64,000 nt of DNA from a bacterium (lineage in GTDB: Bacteria; Patescibacteriota; Minisyncoccia; Phycocordibacterales; UBA9973): the NCBI GenBank assembly GCA_037127795.1, contig JBAXXQ010000002.1, positions 11 to 64,010 of the forward strand, read 5' to 3'. Positions 9,927-18,600 of the stretch are shown here, piece after piece. Each line of letters starts with the position of its first letter. Position 1 is the first letter of the stretch. Under the pieces are notes generated by a model. It searched no databases and had not been told where the DNA came from. It saw nothing but the letters and a program-made list of their open reading frames with translations. Both the position numbers and the translations under genes were made by a program.

Positions 9927-10514
9927 ATGACAAACACTGTTTATATTTTTATTGGACAAAGCGGCTCTGGTAAGGGGACACAAGTACAGCTACTTGAGCA
10001 GACTATTCGCGCCCTTCATCCGAGCGATACTATTTTTCACTTAGAAACAGGGGAGAAGTTTCGCGAGCTTATAGAAGGAGAATCTTTCACTTCTCGCAAG
10101 ACAAAACAATATATCGATGATGGTGTATTGCCGCCAGCATTCCTCGGCGTGCATGCATGGAGCCATGTCCTCATAGAAGGATACACTGGCGAAGGGCATG
10201 TATTCCTCGACGGTACCCCTCGCGTATCTGCAGAAGTCCCTGCATTGCTTTCTGCTATTTCATTTTATGATTGGCACCCACATATATTCTATATCGATGT
10301 TGGCGATGCATGGGCTCGCGACAAGCTCCTCGCTCGTGGTCGCGCAGATGATACAGAGGCAGAGATCACTGGTCGCATTGCATGGTTTTATCAAAGTGTG
10401 ATGCCGGCAGTCGATATGCTCAAGAGCTCTCCACTGGTACAATTTCATCATATCAATGGTGAACAAAGTGTAGAAGCAGTCCAACAAGAAATTCTTTCAC
10501 ACCTTTCTATATAA
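9927..10514 (+). CDS. adk: Adenylate kinase, short form, with P-loop GQSGSGKGTQ
   Basis: Walker A GxxGxGKGTQ, the conserved position between secY and map, and a length of 195 aa. Confidence 0.8.
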   Translation: MTNTVYIFIGQSGSGKGTQVQLLEQTIRALHPSDTIFHLETGEKFRELIEGESFTSRKTKQYIDDGVLPPAFLGVHAWSHVLIEGYTGEGHVFLDGTPRVSAEVPALLSAISFYDWHPHIFYIDVGDAWARDKLLARGRADDTEAEITGRIAWFYQSVMPAVDMLKSSPLVQFHHINGEQSVEAVQQEILSHLSI

Positions 10515-10516
10515 GT

Positions 10517-11296
10517 ATGATATATATCAAGACCCCAGAAGAAATAGCACACCTCCGCGAGGCTGGCCCAATACTTGCTCGTATTGTGCAAGAAGTGGCG
10601 GGTATGGCTCGCGAGGGTATGACTACTGGCGAGCTCGACAAGATCGCTGAAGCAAAGATTCGCGACGCAGGTGCAACACCAGGACTCCTCGGCTACAAGC
10701 CCGAAGGTGCTCGCAAACCATATCCAGCGACTATGTGTATCTCGGTCAATGACGAAGTGGTACACGGTATACCAGGGAATCGCGTTCTCAAAAATGGCAA
10801 CATTGTGTCTTTTGATACCGTACTCAAATACAAAGGAGTTTTTGTAGATTATACGACGAGTGTCGGTATTGGCGCTGCAGAGGGCAAAGTAAAAAAGCGC
10901 GATATGGATCTTTTGAAAGTAACCGAAGACTCACTCTATGCGGGTATATATGCGATCAAAGCAGGAAGCCGTACAGGGGACATTGGGGCTGCAATAGAAG
11001 CCTATGTGAAGCCACATAGGCTCGGTATTGTCCGTGGCCTTTCAGGCCACGGCGTCGGCCGCCACATCCACGAAGACCCATATATTCCCAATTATGGCAA
11101 AAAAGGTAAGGGCGAGCTCCTCGTCCCTGGTATGGTCATTGCTATCGAGCCTATGATGACATTGGGCTCAGAAGACGTCCTCGAGCTCCGCGACGGCTAC
11201 ACCCTCGTCACAGACGACCACTCTCGCGCCGCCCATTTTGAACACACGGTACTCATAAATGAAGCAGGAGAAGCCGAAATTTTGACCCAAATCTAA
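10517..11296 (+). CDS. map: Type I methionine aminopeptidase
   Basis: Pita-bread fold motifs (HGIPG, the metal ligands D..D..H..E..E) and the conserved operon position. Confidence 0.9.
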   Translation: MIYIKTPEEIAHLREAGPILARIVQEVAGMAREGMTTGELDKIAEAKIRDAGATPGLLGYKPEGARKPYPATMCISVNDEVVHGIPGNRVLKNGNIVSFDTVLKYKGVFVDYTTSVGIGAAEGKVKKRDMDLLKVTEDSLYAGIYAIKAGSRTGDIGAAIEAYVKPHRLGIVRGLSGHGVGRHIHEDPYIPNYGKKGKGELLVPGMVIAIEPMMTLGSEDVLELRDGYTLVTDDHSRAAHFEHTVLINEAGEAEILTQI

Positions 11297-11322
11297 AGCC
11301 CTGAAAAGGGGCTTTTTTTGTT
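11297..11322 (+). terminator. Rho-independent terminator after map
   Basis: Reads agccctgaaaaggggcttttttt. Confidence 0.55.
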
Positions 11323-11328
11323 GGTTTT

Positions 11329-11694
11329 GTGGTAGAATTCTTATATATGGCTGACATAAAAGAGCTTACTAATAAAGTGGTAAAATTCCGAGACCAGCGA
11401 GATTGGAAGCAATTTCACAACCCCAAAGATCTTTCAATATCTTTGGTTCTTGAAGCAAATGAAGTACTTGAACATTTTCAATGGAAGTCACCAGAGGAAA
11501 TGACTATTCATGTAAAACAGAATAAAAAAGAAATTTCAAAAGAATTATCTGATGTTTTGTATTGGGTACTTTTGATGTCTCATGATTTAGATATTGATGT
11601 AGAAAAAGCTTTTCTTACAAAACTAAAAGAAAACGCAAAAAAATATCCAGTAAAAAAAGCGAAAGGAAGTCATAAGAAATATACTGAGCTGTAA
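11329..11694 (+). CDS. MazG-like nucleotide pyrophosphohydrolase (small all-alpha NTP-PPase, COG1694-like)
   Basis: 121 aa. The pattern R.W..FH...L...L..EA.EVLE.F...S.EE......E...EL.DVL..VL..S..L.IDVE.A matches MazG/YpjD-type house-cleaning NTPases. It sits 4 nt upstream of the next ORF. Confidence 0.65.
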   Translation: MVEFLYMADIKELTNKVVKFRDQRDWKQFHNPKDLSISLVLEANEVLEHFQWKSPEEMTIHVKQNKKEISKELSDVLYWVLLMSHDLDIDVEKAFLTKLKENAKKYPVKKAKGSHKKYTEL

Positions 11695-11697
11695 GAT

Positions 11698-13725
11698 ATG
11701 TCAAAGATAGAAACCTTTCCTTTTAATAAAGATAATTTTGATCAAATCAAAGACTATAAATTTGGTAGAAATTGGCCTGTTGTATATGTTATCGAAGATA
11801 AAAAGGAAGTGTATATAGGACAAACTGTAAATGCTTATTTTAGAAGTAAACAGCACGTAGAAAATCCAGAAAGAAAAAAACTAAAAGAAATTCACATAAT
11901 TACAGACGAGGAATTTAATGTTTCTGCTGCGCTTGATATAGAATCTTGGCTTATTCAATATATATCCGCTGATGGAAAATTTATTTTACAAAACGGTAAT
12001 GGTGGTTTAAAGAATCATAATTATTACGACAGACAGAAATATAAAACAAAATTTGAAATCGCATGGGATCGTCTTCGTGAAAAGGGGATTGTACAAAACA
12101 CTCTTGCTGATTTAAAAAATAGCGATCTATTTAAATACTCACCATATAAGTCTTTAACAGAAGATCAATTCCTTGTTGCAAAACAAATATATAAAGATAT
12201 TAAGAAAAATGAAATAAATACATTTATTGTAAATGGAAAACCGGGAACAGGTAAGACTATTCTTGCGACATATCTTTTTAAGTATTTAAAAGAACAAGAA
12301 GAAACAAAAAATTTAAATATTGGACTTGTTGTACCTATGGCTTCACTTCGTAAAACAATACGAAATGTTTTTTCAAAAATAAAAGGATTAAAATCAAATA
12401 TGGTTATTGGTCCAAACGATGTTGTAAAACAACAGTATGATCTATTGATTGTAGATGAATCACATAGACTACAAAGACGAAAAGGGATTATGGGGTATGG
12501 TGCGTATGATACTGTAAATAAAGGATTAGGTTTGGATAATGAGGGAACTCAACTTGATTGGATTATGAAGTCTTCTAAACACCAAGTATTTTTTTATGAT
12601 GAAAATCAGAGTATAAAACCAGCAGATATTCGTGCAGAAGATTTTAGAAAACTCAATGCAAAAAAATACACACTTAATTCTCAAATGCGTGTTGAAGCTG
12701 GGGAAGAATATATAAAATTTATTGAAGATATTTTTGATTTACAAAAACCAAAACACACAGCATTTTCAAACTATGACTTTCAAATATTTGATGAAGCACA
12801 AGAAATGGTTGATAAGATAAAAGAGAAAGATAAAAAACATAAGCTTGCCCGTGTTGTGGCTGGCTACGCATGGCCATGGCATACAAAACCTGGAAGTAGT
12901 TCAAAGCAAAAATATGATATTGGAATAAATGGATTAGAGCTTATTTGGAATTCTACAGCACAAGATTGGGTAAACTCGTCAAACGCTATAAATGAGGTGG
13001 GGTGTATTCACACAGTACAAGGATACGACTTAAACTATGTAGGCGTGATTATTGGTCCAGAACTCTCATATGATATCAAAAATAAAAAGCTTGTGGTTGA
13101 TAAGCAAAAATATTTTGATACTAATGGACGAAATGGTATTTCTGATCCTTCAGAATTAGAGCGATATATTATAAATATTTACAAGACACTGCTTACTCGT
13201 GGAATCATGGGAACATATATGTATATTTGTGATGAAAGTTTAAGAAACTATTTTAATGATGTTATAAGTCAAAAACCTGTAATAGAAGAAAAGGTAAAAG
13301 AGGAAAAAACAGAAAAAATAAAGTCACCATATACAAAAATGGTTAGCTTGCCACTATATGAATCTGTAGGTTGTGGAGAGTTGATGTTTGCAGATTCTAC
13401 AGTACAAGAAATGGTAGATGTCCCAGAAGAATTTGTTTCAAAGGGGTCAAAATATTTTGTACTTAGAACAGACGGAGATTCTATGGATAAAGCTGGAATA
13501 CATGACGGAGATCTTGTGCTTTGTCGAAAGGACTACCACCCCGAAATAGGGAACAAGGTTATCGCGCTTATTGGTGACGATGCAACTATAAAGGAATATC
13601 GACGCGACCCAGAAGGAAATGTAATACTTCGACCGTGTTCTACAAACCCAAAGCATAAAGATCGTATTTTTACTGAATATGATGATTTGAAAGTACAAGG
13701 GGTAGTGGTTAGGGTTTTAGAATAA
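11698..13725 (+). CDS. Three-domain protein of 675 aa with an N-terminal GIY-YIG nuclease, a central P-loop SF1/DUF2075 (Schlafen/Nhi-like) helicase-type ATPase and a C-terminal LexA/UmuD-family S24 serine peptidase domain. The product is novel.
   Basis: GIY-YIG: VYVIEDKKEVYIGQT..R..QH..E..N. Walker A: NGKPGTGKT. Walker B: LLIVDESHRL. SF1 motif VI-like: IHTVQGYDLNYVGVIIG. S24: the GDSM serine nucleophile and the ATIKEY lysine general base. A VGCGELM Cys-Gly candidate autocleavage site precedes the S24 domain. Confidence 0.7.
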   Translation: MSKIETFPFNKDNFDQIKDYKFGRNWPVVYVIEDKKEVYIGQTVNAYFRSKQHVENPERKKLKEIHIITDEEFNVSAALDIESWLIQYISADGKFILQNGNGGLKNHNYYDRQKYKTKFEIAWDRLREKGIVQNTLADLKNSDLFKYSPYKSLTEDQFLVAKQIYKDIKKNEINTFIVNGKPGTGKTILATYLFKYLKEQEETKNLNIGLVVPMASLRKTIRNVFSKIKGLKSNMVIGPNDVVKQQYDLLIVDESHRLQRRKGIMGYGAYDTVNKGLGLDNEGTQLDWIMKSSKHQVFFYDENQSIKPADIRAEDFRKLNAKKYTLNSQMRVEAGEEYIKFIEDIFDLQKPKHTAFSNYDFQIFDEAQEMVDKIKEKDKKHKLARVVAGYAWPWHTKPGSSSKQKYDIGINGLELIWNSTAQDWVNSSNAINEVGCIHTVQGYDLNYVGVIIGPELSYDIKNKKLVVDKQKYFDTNGRNGISDPSELERYIINIYKTLLTRGIMGTYMYICDESLRNYFNDVISQKPVIEEKVKEEKTEKIKSPYTKMVSLPLYESVGCGELMFADSTVQEMVDVPEEFVSKGSKYFVLRTDGDSMDKAGIHDGDLVLCRKDYHPEIGNKVIALIGDDATIKEYRRDPEGNVILRPCSTNPKHKDRIFTEYDDLKVQGVVVRVLE

Positions 13726-13726
13726 A

Positions 13727-13779
13727 AGAGTATAAAAAAATCCTTTTTATAAAGGATTTTTTTATACTCTTTTATTCAT
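13727..13779. terminator. Bidirectional terminator (perfect ~22-bp-arm palindrome) between convergent genes
   Basis: Reads aagagtataaaaaaatccttt-ttat-aaaggatttttttatactctt. Confidence 0.6.
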
Positions 13780-13787
13780 ATTTTTAA

Positions 13788-14003
13788 TTAATCTTGTTGG
13801 GTTATTTTTGCATTTCCCGTAATTTTAATTTGTGCATTTCCTGTTAAATGTATTCCTGTATTTTTTGTAACACTAGAATAATTACCAGTAATTTCCATAC
13901 TACCACCATCTGTTGATAGGTGTTCAATTTTTGATTTTGGTTGTAAACCAGAAACTAACCCCTCAGTAATACCTGCTGTGATAGATTTTAAGTATTCGGC
14001 CAT
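13788..14003 (-). CDS. Small hypothetical protein (71 aa) with ITGN-type short beta-repeats
   Basis: ORF convergent on the nuclease gene. The repeats are TGNAQIKITGNAKIT. No recognisable family. Confidence 0.3.
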   Translation of the reverse strand: MAEYLKSITAGITEGLVSGLQPKSKIEHLSTDGGSMEITGNYSSVTKNTGIHLTGNAQIKITGNAKITQQD

Positions 14004-14115
14004 ATTGATTTATTGTTTTATTAATCGGTTCGACTAGTCCGATAGGATAATAATACATTTTTACAATAAATACTGTCAACTTGTGAATATCTGTGGATTG
14101 TGTTAATATCTCTAT

Positions 14116-14847
14116 ATGTCTACATGGATTCAAAATAAGCGAAATATATCAGGGCTTTCTCAGGAACAAGTAGCAAAGACGTTGGGGATTTCACGTCCTA
14201 CATATATAAAACTTGAGCACGGGTTGAGTAAACCTACCGCACAGCAAAAAGAGCTTTTGGTGCAATTGTTTGGTGTCTCTACTGAAGCTTTTGAAAAAAA
14301 TGCTACAGAAAAAAAAATAAAAGAAGATACTATATATGAAGTATCTGTACCAAAAGAAAATATTGATAAATTTAAACAGGTACTTTTGTATATAGTGAGT
14401 AAGGTAGGGAGTCGTCCAAATATTGGGCAGACCGCTTTGTATAAATTACTTTATTTTATTGATTTCGATTATTATGAAAAATATCAAGAATACTTGATGG
14501 GGGCTACTTATATAAAAAACACTCATGGTCCAAGTCCTGTTTCGTTTGCAAAGATTGCAAGGGATTTAGAACATGCTGGTGAGCTTGTAGAAGTGCAAAG
14601 TAAGTTTTTCAAATATGATCAAAAGAAATATATTACGACTAATTCTCCTAATGTATCTACACTCACAGCACAAGAATTGCAACATATAGACGAAGAGCTT
14701 GATCGTCTTGCAACAAAAACCGCTCGAGAACTTTCTGATATGTCTCATATAGATACTCCATGGCGAGTAGCAAAAGAAAAAGATATTTTAAATTATAGGC
14801 ATGTATTTTATCGTCCAGATGAAACATCTGTGGTGGATAGTGAGTAA
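14116..14847 (+). CDS. HTH-XRE DNA-binding domain fused to a Panacea (DUF4065/SocA-like) antitoxin domain
   Basis: The N-terminal helix-turn-helix is LSQEQVAKTLGISRPTYIKLEHG. The C-terminal segment ALYKLLYFIDFDYY...HGPSPVSF is a PanA-type signature. Confidence 0.65.
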   Translation: MSTWIQNKRNISGLSQEQVAKTLGISRPTYIKLEHGLSKPTAQQKELLVQLFGVSTEAFEKNATEKKIKEDTIYEVSVPKENIDKFKQVLLYIVSKVGSRPNIGQTALYKLLYFIDFDYYEKYQEYLMGATYIKNTHGPSPVSFAKIARDLEHAGELVEVQSKFFKYDQKKYITTNSPNVSTLTAQELQHIDEELDRLATKTARELSDMSHIDTPWRVAKEKDILNYRHVFYRPDETSVVDSE

Positions 14848-14853
14848 TTATAT

Positions 14854-15189
14854 ATGCCCGAGTTTCATCAATTACCAGAATACCAAAAAGAGCTAAAAAG
14901 GCTTTCTAAAAAATATCCAAGCGTTTCTAATGATATAGAAGATATCAAACAAGTATTATTAGCATCTCCCACAGGAATAGGAAAAAATTTTACTATAATT
15001 TCTTCAGAGAAAGATATAAAAATTGTAAAAGTTCGTATTCAATGTGCTTCTTTACGAAGTCGTACTATCCGACTTATATATGCATACCATGCAAATACTA
15101 TAGAATTTATTTATATAGAGGTATATTTTAAAGGTGATAAGGAAAATGAAGATAGAGTAAGAATTTCAGAATATCTAGAAAATAAATAA
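14854..15189 (+). CDS. RelE/ParE-superfamily-like toxin (putative partner of the Panacea protein)
   Basis: 111 aa, 6 nt downstream of the Panacea ORF. The C-terminal pattern [26 protein letters not shown] resembles RelE/YoeB/HigB-fold toxins. Confidence 0.45.
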   Translation: MPEFHQLPEYQKELKRLSKKYPSVSNDIEDIKQVLLASPTGIGKNFTIISSEKDIKIVKVRIQCASLRSRTIRLIYAYHANTIEFIYIEVYFKGDKENEDRVRISEYLENK

Positions 15190-15190
15190 T

Positions 15191-15406
15191 ATGCCCACCC
15201 AACCCAGCAACCCACTTCAAGGAAAAACGCTAGAGACAATACTTGTGTTTCTTGTCGATATGTATGGCTGGGAGGAGATGAGTAGGAGGATACGGATCAA
15301 TTGTTTTGCGAATGATCCGAGTATCAAGTCTAGTCTGACATTTCTCCGACGGACACCCTGGGCTCGTAATAAAGTAGAGCAGCTGTATATCAAGAGTGTG
15401 GGGTAG
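15191..15406 (+). CDS. VF530/DUF2132-family small DNA-binding protein
   Basis: Reads [55 protein letters not shown], which matches the VF530 family consensus. Confidence 0.6.
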   Translation: MPTQPSNPLQGKTLETILVFLVDMYGWEEMSRRIRINCFANDPSIKSSLTFLRRTPWARNKVEQLYIKSVG

Positions 15407-15410
15407 AACA

Positions 15411-15440
15411 CAAAAACCGGACTGTTTGTCCGGTTTTTGT
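15411..15440. terminator. Bidirectional Rho-independent terminator
   Basis: Reads aaaaaccggactgtttgtccggttttt. Confidence 0.6.
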
Positions 15441-15443
15441 GCA

Positions 15444-15677
15444 TTAGGCTTTTTTGAGAAATTCGGTGCGGAGCACGAGGCCTTTGACACCTTCGGCGCT
15501 ACACTCGATCAGCTCTTCGTCGTCTGAGAGGCGAATGTTTTTGATCTTGGTCCCTTTTTTGAGGGTGAGGTTGCTTCCTTTTACTTTTAATTCTTTGATT
15601 ACGGTCACACTGTCGCCATGTGCAAGAGTATTGCCATACGCGTCTTTGTGAATTATTACTTCTTCTATATCATCCAT
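15444..15677 (-). CDS. PhnA-like (PhnA C-terminal domain) small protein
   Basis: Reads DAYGNTLAHGDSVTVIKELKVKGS..TLKKGTKIKNIRLSDDEELIEC...GLVLRTEFLKK, a PhnA-domain consensus. Confidence 0.6.
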   Translation of the reverse strand: MDDIEEVIIHKDAYGNTLAHGDSVTVIKELKVKGSNLTLKKGTKIKNIRLSDDEELIECSAEGVKGLVLRTEFLKKA

Positions 15678-15754
15678 TGCTCTAGTATACGGATTTTGAG
15701 AAATAAAAAAAGTGCCGGCTGCACAAAAAATTTTCTAGTATAAAAAATACATAC

Positions 15755-17314
15755 TTGATATACTTGTACACATATATGAAAAAAATTATTTTGAGTTGTA
15801 TTTTTTTGTTTACTATCTGTATGGGTGGGCAAGTATTTGCTGCGAGCCCCACTGTCGCTATATCATTGGGAAGTTATGCGCTCTCTAGTGGCCAGACGAC
15901 AAGTGTTACATTTACATTTTCTGATGCGCCGCGAAGCTTCACTCTTGGGGATATCGCAGCTACTGGTGGTGTGGTGACAAACTTGGTAAATACAGGGAAC
16001 CCACTCGTATACACGGCGCTCTATACACCAAATACAAATACACAATCAACAGGAAATACTATTACCGTACACGCGCTCACTACAAATACTACAATCACTG
16101 GTGTAGGAAGTGGTCCTTCAGAAATGGCTTTTGATGGTACCAATATGTGGGTTGCAGATACGTATGATAATGCGGTGAGTAAGATCGCACCAGATGGTAC
16201 TATTACAAAATACACAGGCACAGGAGGATCGCCATATGCTATTGCTTTTGATGGTACCAATATGTGGACTGCTGATTATGATACAGACTCTGTGACAAAG
16301 ATAAGTCCTAGTGGGGTGATGCATACATATTTTGGTACAGGGCACCATCCCAATAGTATTGCTTTTGACGGTACCAATATGTGGACCGCTGATTTTGGAA
16401 ATAACTCAGTGACCAAGGTTACTCCTAGCGGTACAATGACTACCTATACAGGGACAGGACTACATCCACACGGTATTGCTTTTGATGGTACCAATATGTG
16501 GACCGCAGATTATGATGATGATTCTTTTACTATGATCGCACCAGACGGTACTATAGCGACATCATGGGCAAATGCAGGAAGTAATCCATTTGCTATCGCA
16601 TATGATGGCTCTCGTATGTGGGTGACAGATTTTGGAAGTAATACTGTTTCAAATATTAATACAACAACACACAGTACCAATACATACGCAGGGACAGGTG
16701 CCGGTCCATATGGAATCTCTTTTGATGGTACTAGTATGTGGCTTGCAAACTTTGATGGGGGAAGTATTACAAAAGTAAATACTGATGGTACGATGACGAC
16801 ATATACCGGCATGGGAGATTTTCCATATAGTACAAGATCTGATGGTCATTCTATATGGGTGACAAATATTTTCAGTAGTACAATACACAAACTTGGTTTC
16901 CTTGCTGAGACAAATTCTAATTCTTTTTCTGTAAATACTATACGACATAGTGGTGCGTACAACAGTGTGCGTGCGACATCGATTGATACAAAACCGCTTG
17001 ATTTTATTTTGAATAAAGGAGTGCTTGAAACAAAAGATCCATCTGTTTCTCTTGCGCTTAATGCAGATCCTGCGACAGTGTCTGGGTATGCGATATCTCT
17101 TGATGCGCATTTTGCTGGAGGGATTATTCATCCTTATGGAAAAAGCACCGATACCTATACATACGAGCTACCGCATACTCCTGGTACATATACGGTATAT
17201 CTCAAATATTTTTCAAAAACAGGGAATAGTTCAGAGGTTATACAACACACTATTTCTTATAATAAAAAAATAAAAATACCAAAAAAGGTAATAATAAAAA
17301 AGATTAAAAAATAA
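15755..17314 (+). CDS. Secreted beta-propeller-like repeat protein with about 7 repeats of the FDGTNMW(T/V)AD...V(T/S)KI.P.G..T.Y.GTG..P..IA module. It has a C-terminal beta-domain and a Lys-rich tail.
   Basis: Signal peptide MKKIILSCIFLFTICMGGQVFA. The ~45-aa tandem repeats are streptogramin-lyase/NHL-like propeller blades. Confidence 0.6.
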   Translation: MIYLYTYMKKIILSCIFLFTICMGGQVFAASPTVAISLGSYALSSGQTTSVTFTFSDAPRSFTLGDIAATGGVVTNLVNTGNPLVYTALYTPNTNTQSTGNTITVHALTTNTTITGVGSGPSEMAFDGTNMWVADTYDNAVSKIAPDGTITKYTGTGGSPYAIAFDGTNMWTADYDTDSVTKISPSGVMHTYFGTGHHPNSIAFDGTNMWTADFGNNSVTKVTPSGTMTTYTGTGLHPHGIAFDGTNMWTADYDDDSFTMIAPDGTIATSWANAGSNPFAIAYDGSRMWVTDFGSNTVSNINTTTHSTNTYAGTGAGPYGISFDGTSMWLANFDGGSITKVNTDGTMTTYTGMGDFPYSTRSDGHSIWVTNIFSSTIHKLGFLAETNSNSFSVNTIRHSGAYNSVRATSIDTKPLDFILNKGVLETKDPSVSLALNADPATVSGYAISLDAHFAGGIIHPYGKSTDTYTYELPHTPGTYTVYLKYFSKTGNSSEVIQHTISYNKKIKIPKKVIIKKIKK

Positions 17315-17641
17315 ATGCAAGACAACTCTTTTACTGACTATATCGTCTACGACATACTCGGGCATATTCCCGATATTCGTACCAAAAAAATGTTCTCAGG
17401 GGTGGGGATATATGTCGGGGATAGTATTGTGGCATTTGTCGCTGGTGGGGAATTGTATTTCAAAAGTGATGCAGCATTGGTGCAAAAATATACTGCGCTT
17501 GAGTGTCATCCATTTACCTATACCAAAAACGGTAAAGACATAGCGCTCAAGTATATGTCGGCGACGGAGTCTATGCTCGAAGACCGCGCAATAATGGAAG
17601 AGCGCATCGCGGAGGCTTTGAGTTTGAATAACAAGGAGTGA
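17315..17641 (+). CDS. TfoX N-terminal-domain-like protein
   Basis: Reads KKMFSGVGIYVGDSIVAFVAGGELYFKSD, which matches the TfoX_N pattern (MFGG.G.Y..G..FA.....LY.K.D). Confidence 0.55.
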   Translation: MQDNSFTDYIVYDILGHIPDIRTKKMFSGVGIYVGDSIVAFVAGGELYFKSDAALVQKYTALECHPFTYTKNGKDIALKYMSATESMLEDRAIMEERIAEALSLNNKE

Positions 17642-17647
17642 TATACT

Positions 17648-18076
17648 TTGGGTATGGAGGAATATAATATTTTTGATGCGTGGAACAGCGAAAAGAAAAA
17701 TATTCATGCGGCTGATAATACTACAGACTTTTTCATAAAGCCTCGTGAAATATGGTTTACGAAAATGGGAAAAAATATTGGGTATGAAGAAAATGGTAAA
17801 AAAGAATTTACTCGTCCGGTATTAGTTTTGAAAAAAGTAGGGAATTTATTTTTTACTGTAGCTCTAACAACTAAAGGAAAAGAAGAAAACAAATTTCATT
17901 ATAAATTTACCCAAGCGCATTTTACCGGGGAACACAAAGATCATGAAGATAGTTCTTTTGTAATTCTTTCACAGGCTCGTGTGATGGATAAAAAAAGATT
18001 TCAAGAAAAAATAGGATATATTGGCACTGAAGAATTTGAGATCATAAAACAGAAAATCACAACATTGCTATTGTGA
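17648..18076 (+). CDS. MazF/PemK-family-like toxin (CcdB/MazF fold)
   Basis: Reads REIWFTKMG.NIGYEENGKKEFTRPVLVLKKVGN...VALTTKGKE. The RP(V/A)LVL motif and overall layout match MazF/PemK mRNA interferases. Confidence 0.5.
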   Translation: MGMEEYNIFDAWNSEKKNIHAADNTTDFFIKPREIWFTKMGKNIGYEENGKKEFTRPVLVLKKVGNLFFTVALTTKGKEENKFHYKFTQAHFTGEHKDHEDSSFVILSQARVMDKKRFQEKIGYIGTEEFEIIKQKITTLLL

Positions 18077-18194
18077 TTTTCTGAAACTTTTTCCCTCCTC
18101 GTGAGAGGAGAAATCCCTAAGGACATTTGTATTTACATAATATACCACTTTTTATTGAGCGTCAAATAGTATGATTTGATGATATACTAAGTAT

Positions 18195-18599
18195 ATGAAA
18201 AAGAAGAATGCATATACCTGGTACAAAACCCTCAAAAAACCGTCCTGGGCGCCTCCACAATGGCTTTTTGGCCCGGTATGGACATTCCTCTATATTCTCA
18301 TTTTTATCTCATTTGGGGCTGTTTTTACGGCTTTTGGAAGGGGTTTGATACCGTTTTGGGTAGTACTTCCTTTTGGGATCAATATTTTCTGTAATGCAAT
18401 ATTTACGACACTGCAATTCAAACTCAAAAACAATCTCCTTGCTGCGCTCGATATCAGCCTTGTCCTTATCAGTCTCGTCTGGGCTATGTATGTAGTATAT
18501 CCGTACATACACTGGGTGGCGTATATGCAGATCCCGTACTTGGTGTGGGTTTCTTTTGCGACAGTGTTGCAGTTCACGGTGACATATATAAATAGGTAG
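18195..18599 (+). CDS. tspO: TspO/MBR-family (tryptophan-rich sensory protein) membrane protein
   Basis: Motifs [19 protein letters not shown] and [13 protein letters not shown] match the TspO consensus. Five hydrophobic segments. Confidence 0.65.
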   Translation: MKKKNAYTWYKTLKKPSWAPPQWLFGPVWTFLYILIFISFGAVFTAFGRGLIPFWVVLPFGINIFCNAIFTTLQFKLKNNLLAALDISLVLISLVWAMYVVYPYIHWVAYMQIPYLVWVSFATVLQFTVTYINR

Positions 18600-18600
18600 T

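Noticed and set aside
13788-14003. The small ITGN-repeat protein as a bactofilin or PAAR-like component of the defence module
   Set aside because: It has only a superficial beta-repeat resemblance. It is convergent rather than co-oriented with the module and lacks the bactofilin DUF583 periodicity. It is kept as a low-confidence hypothetical CDS only.
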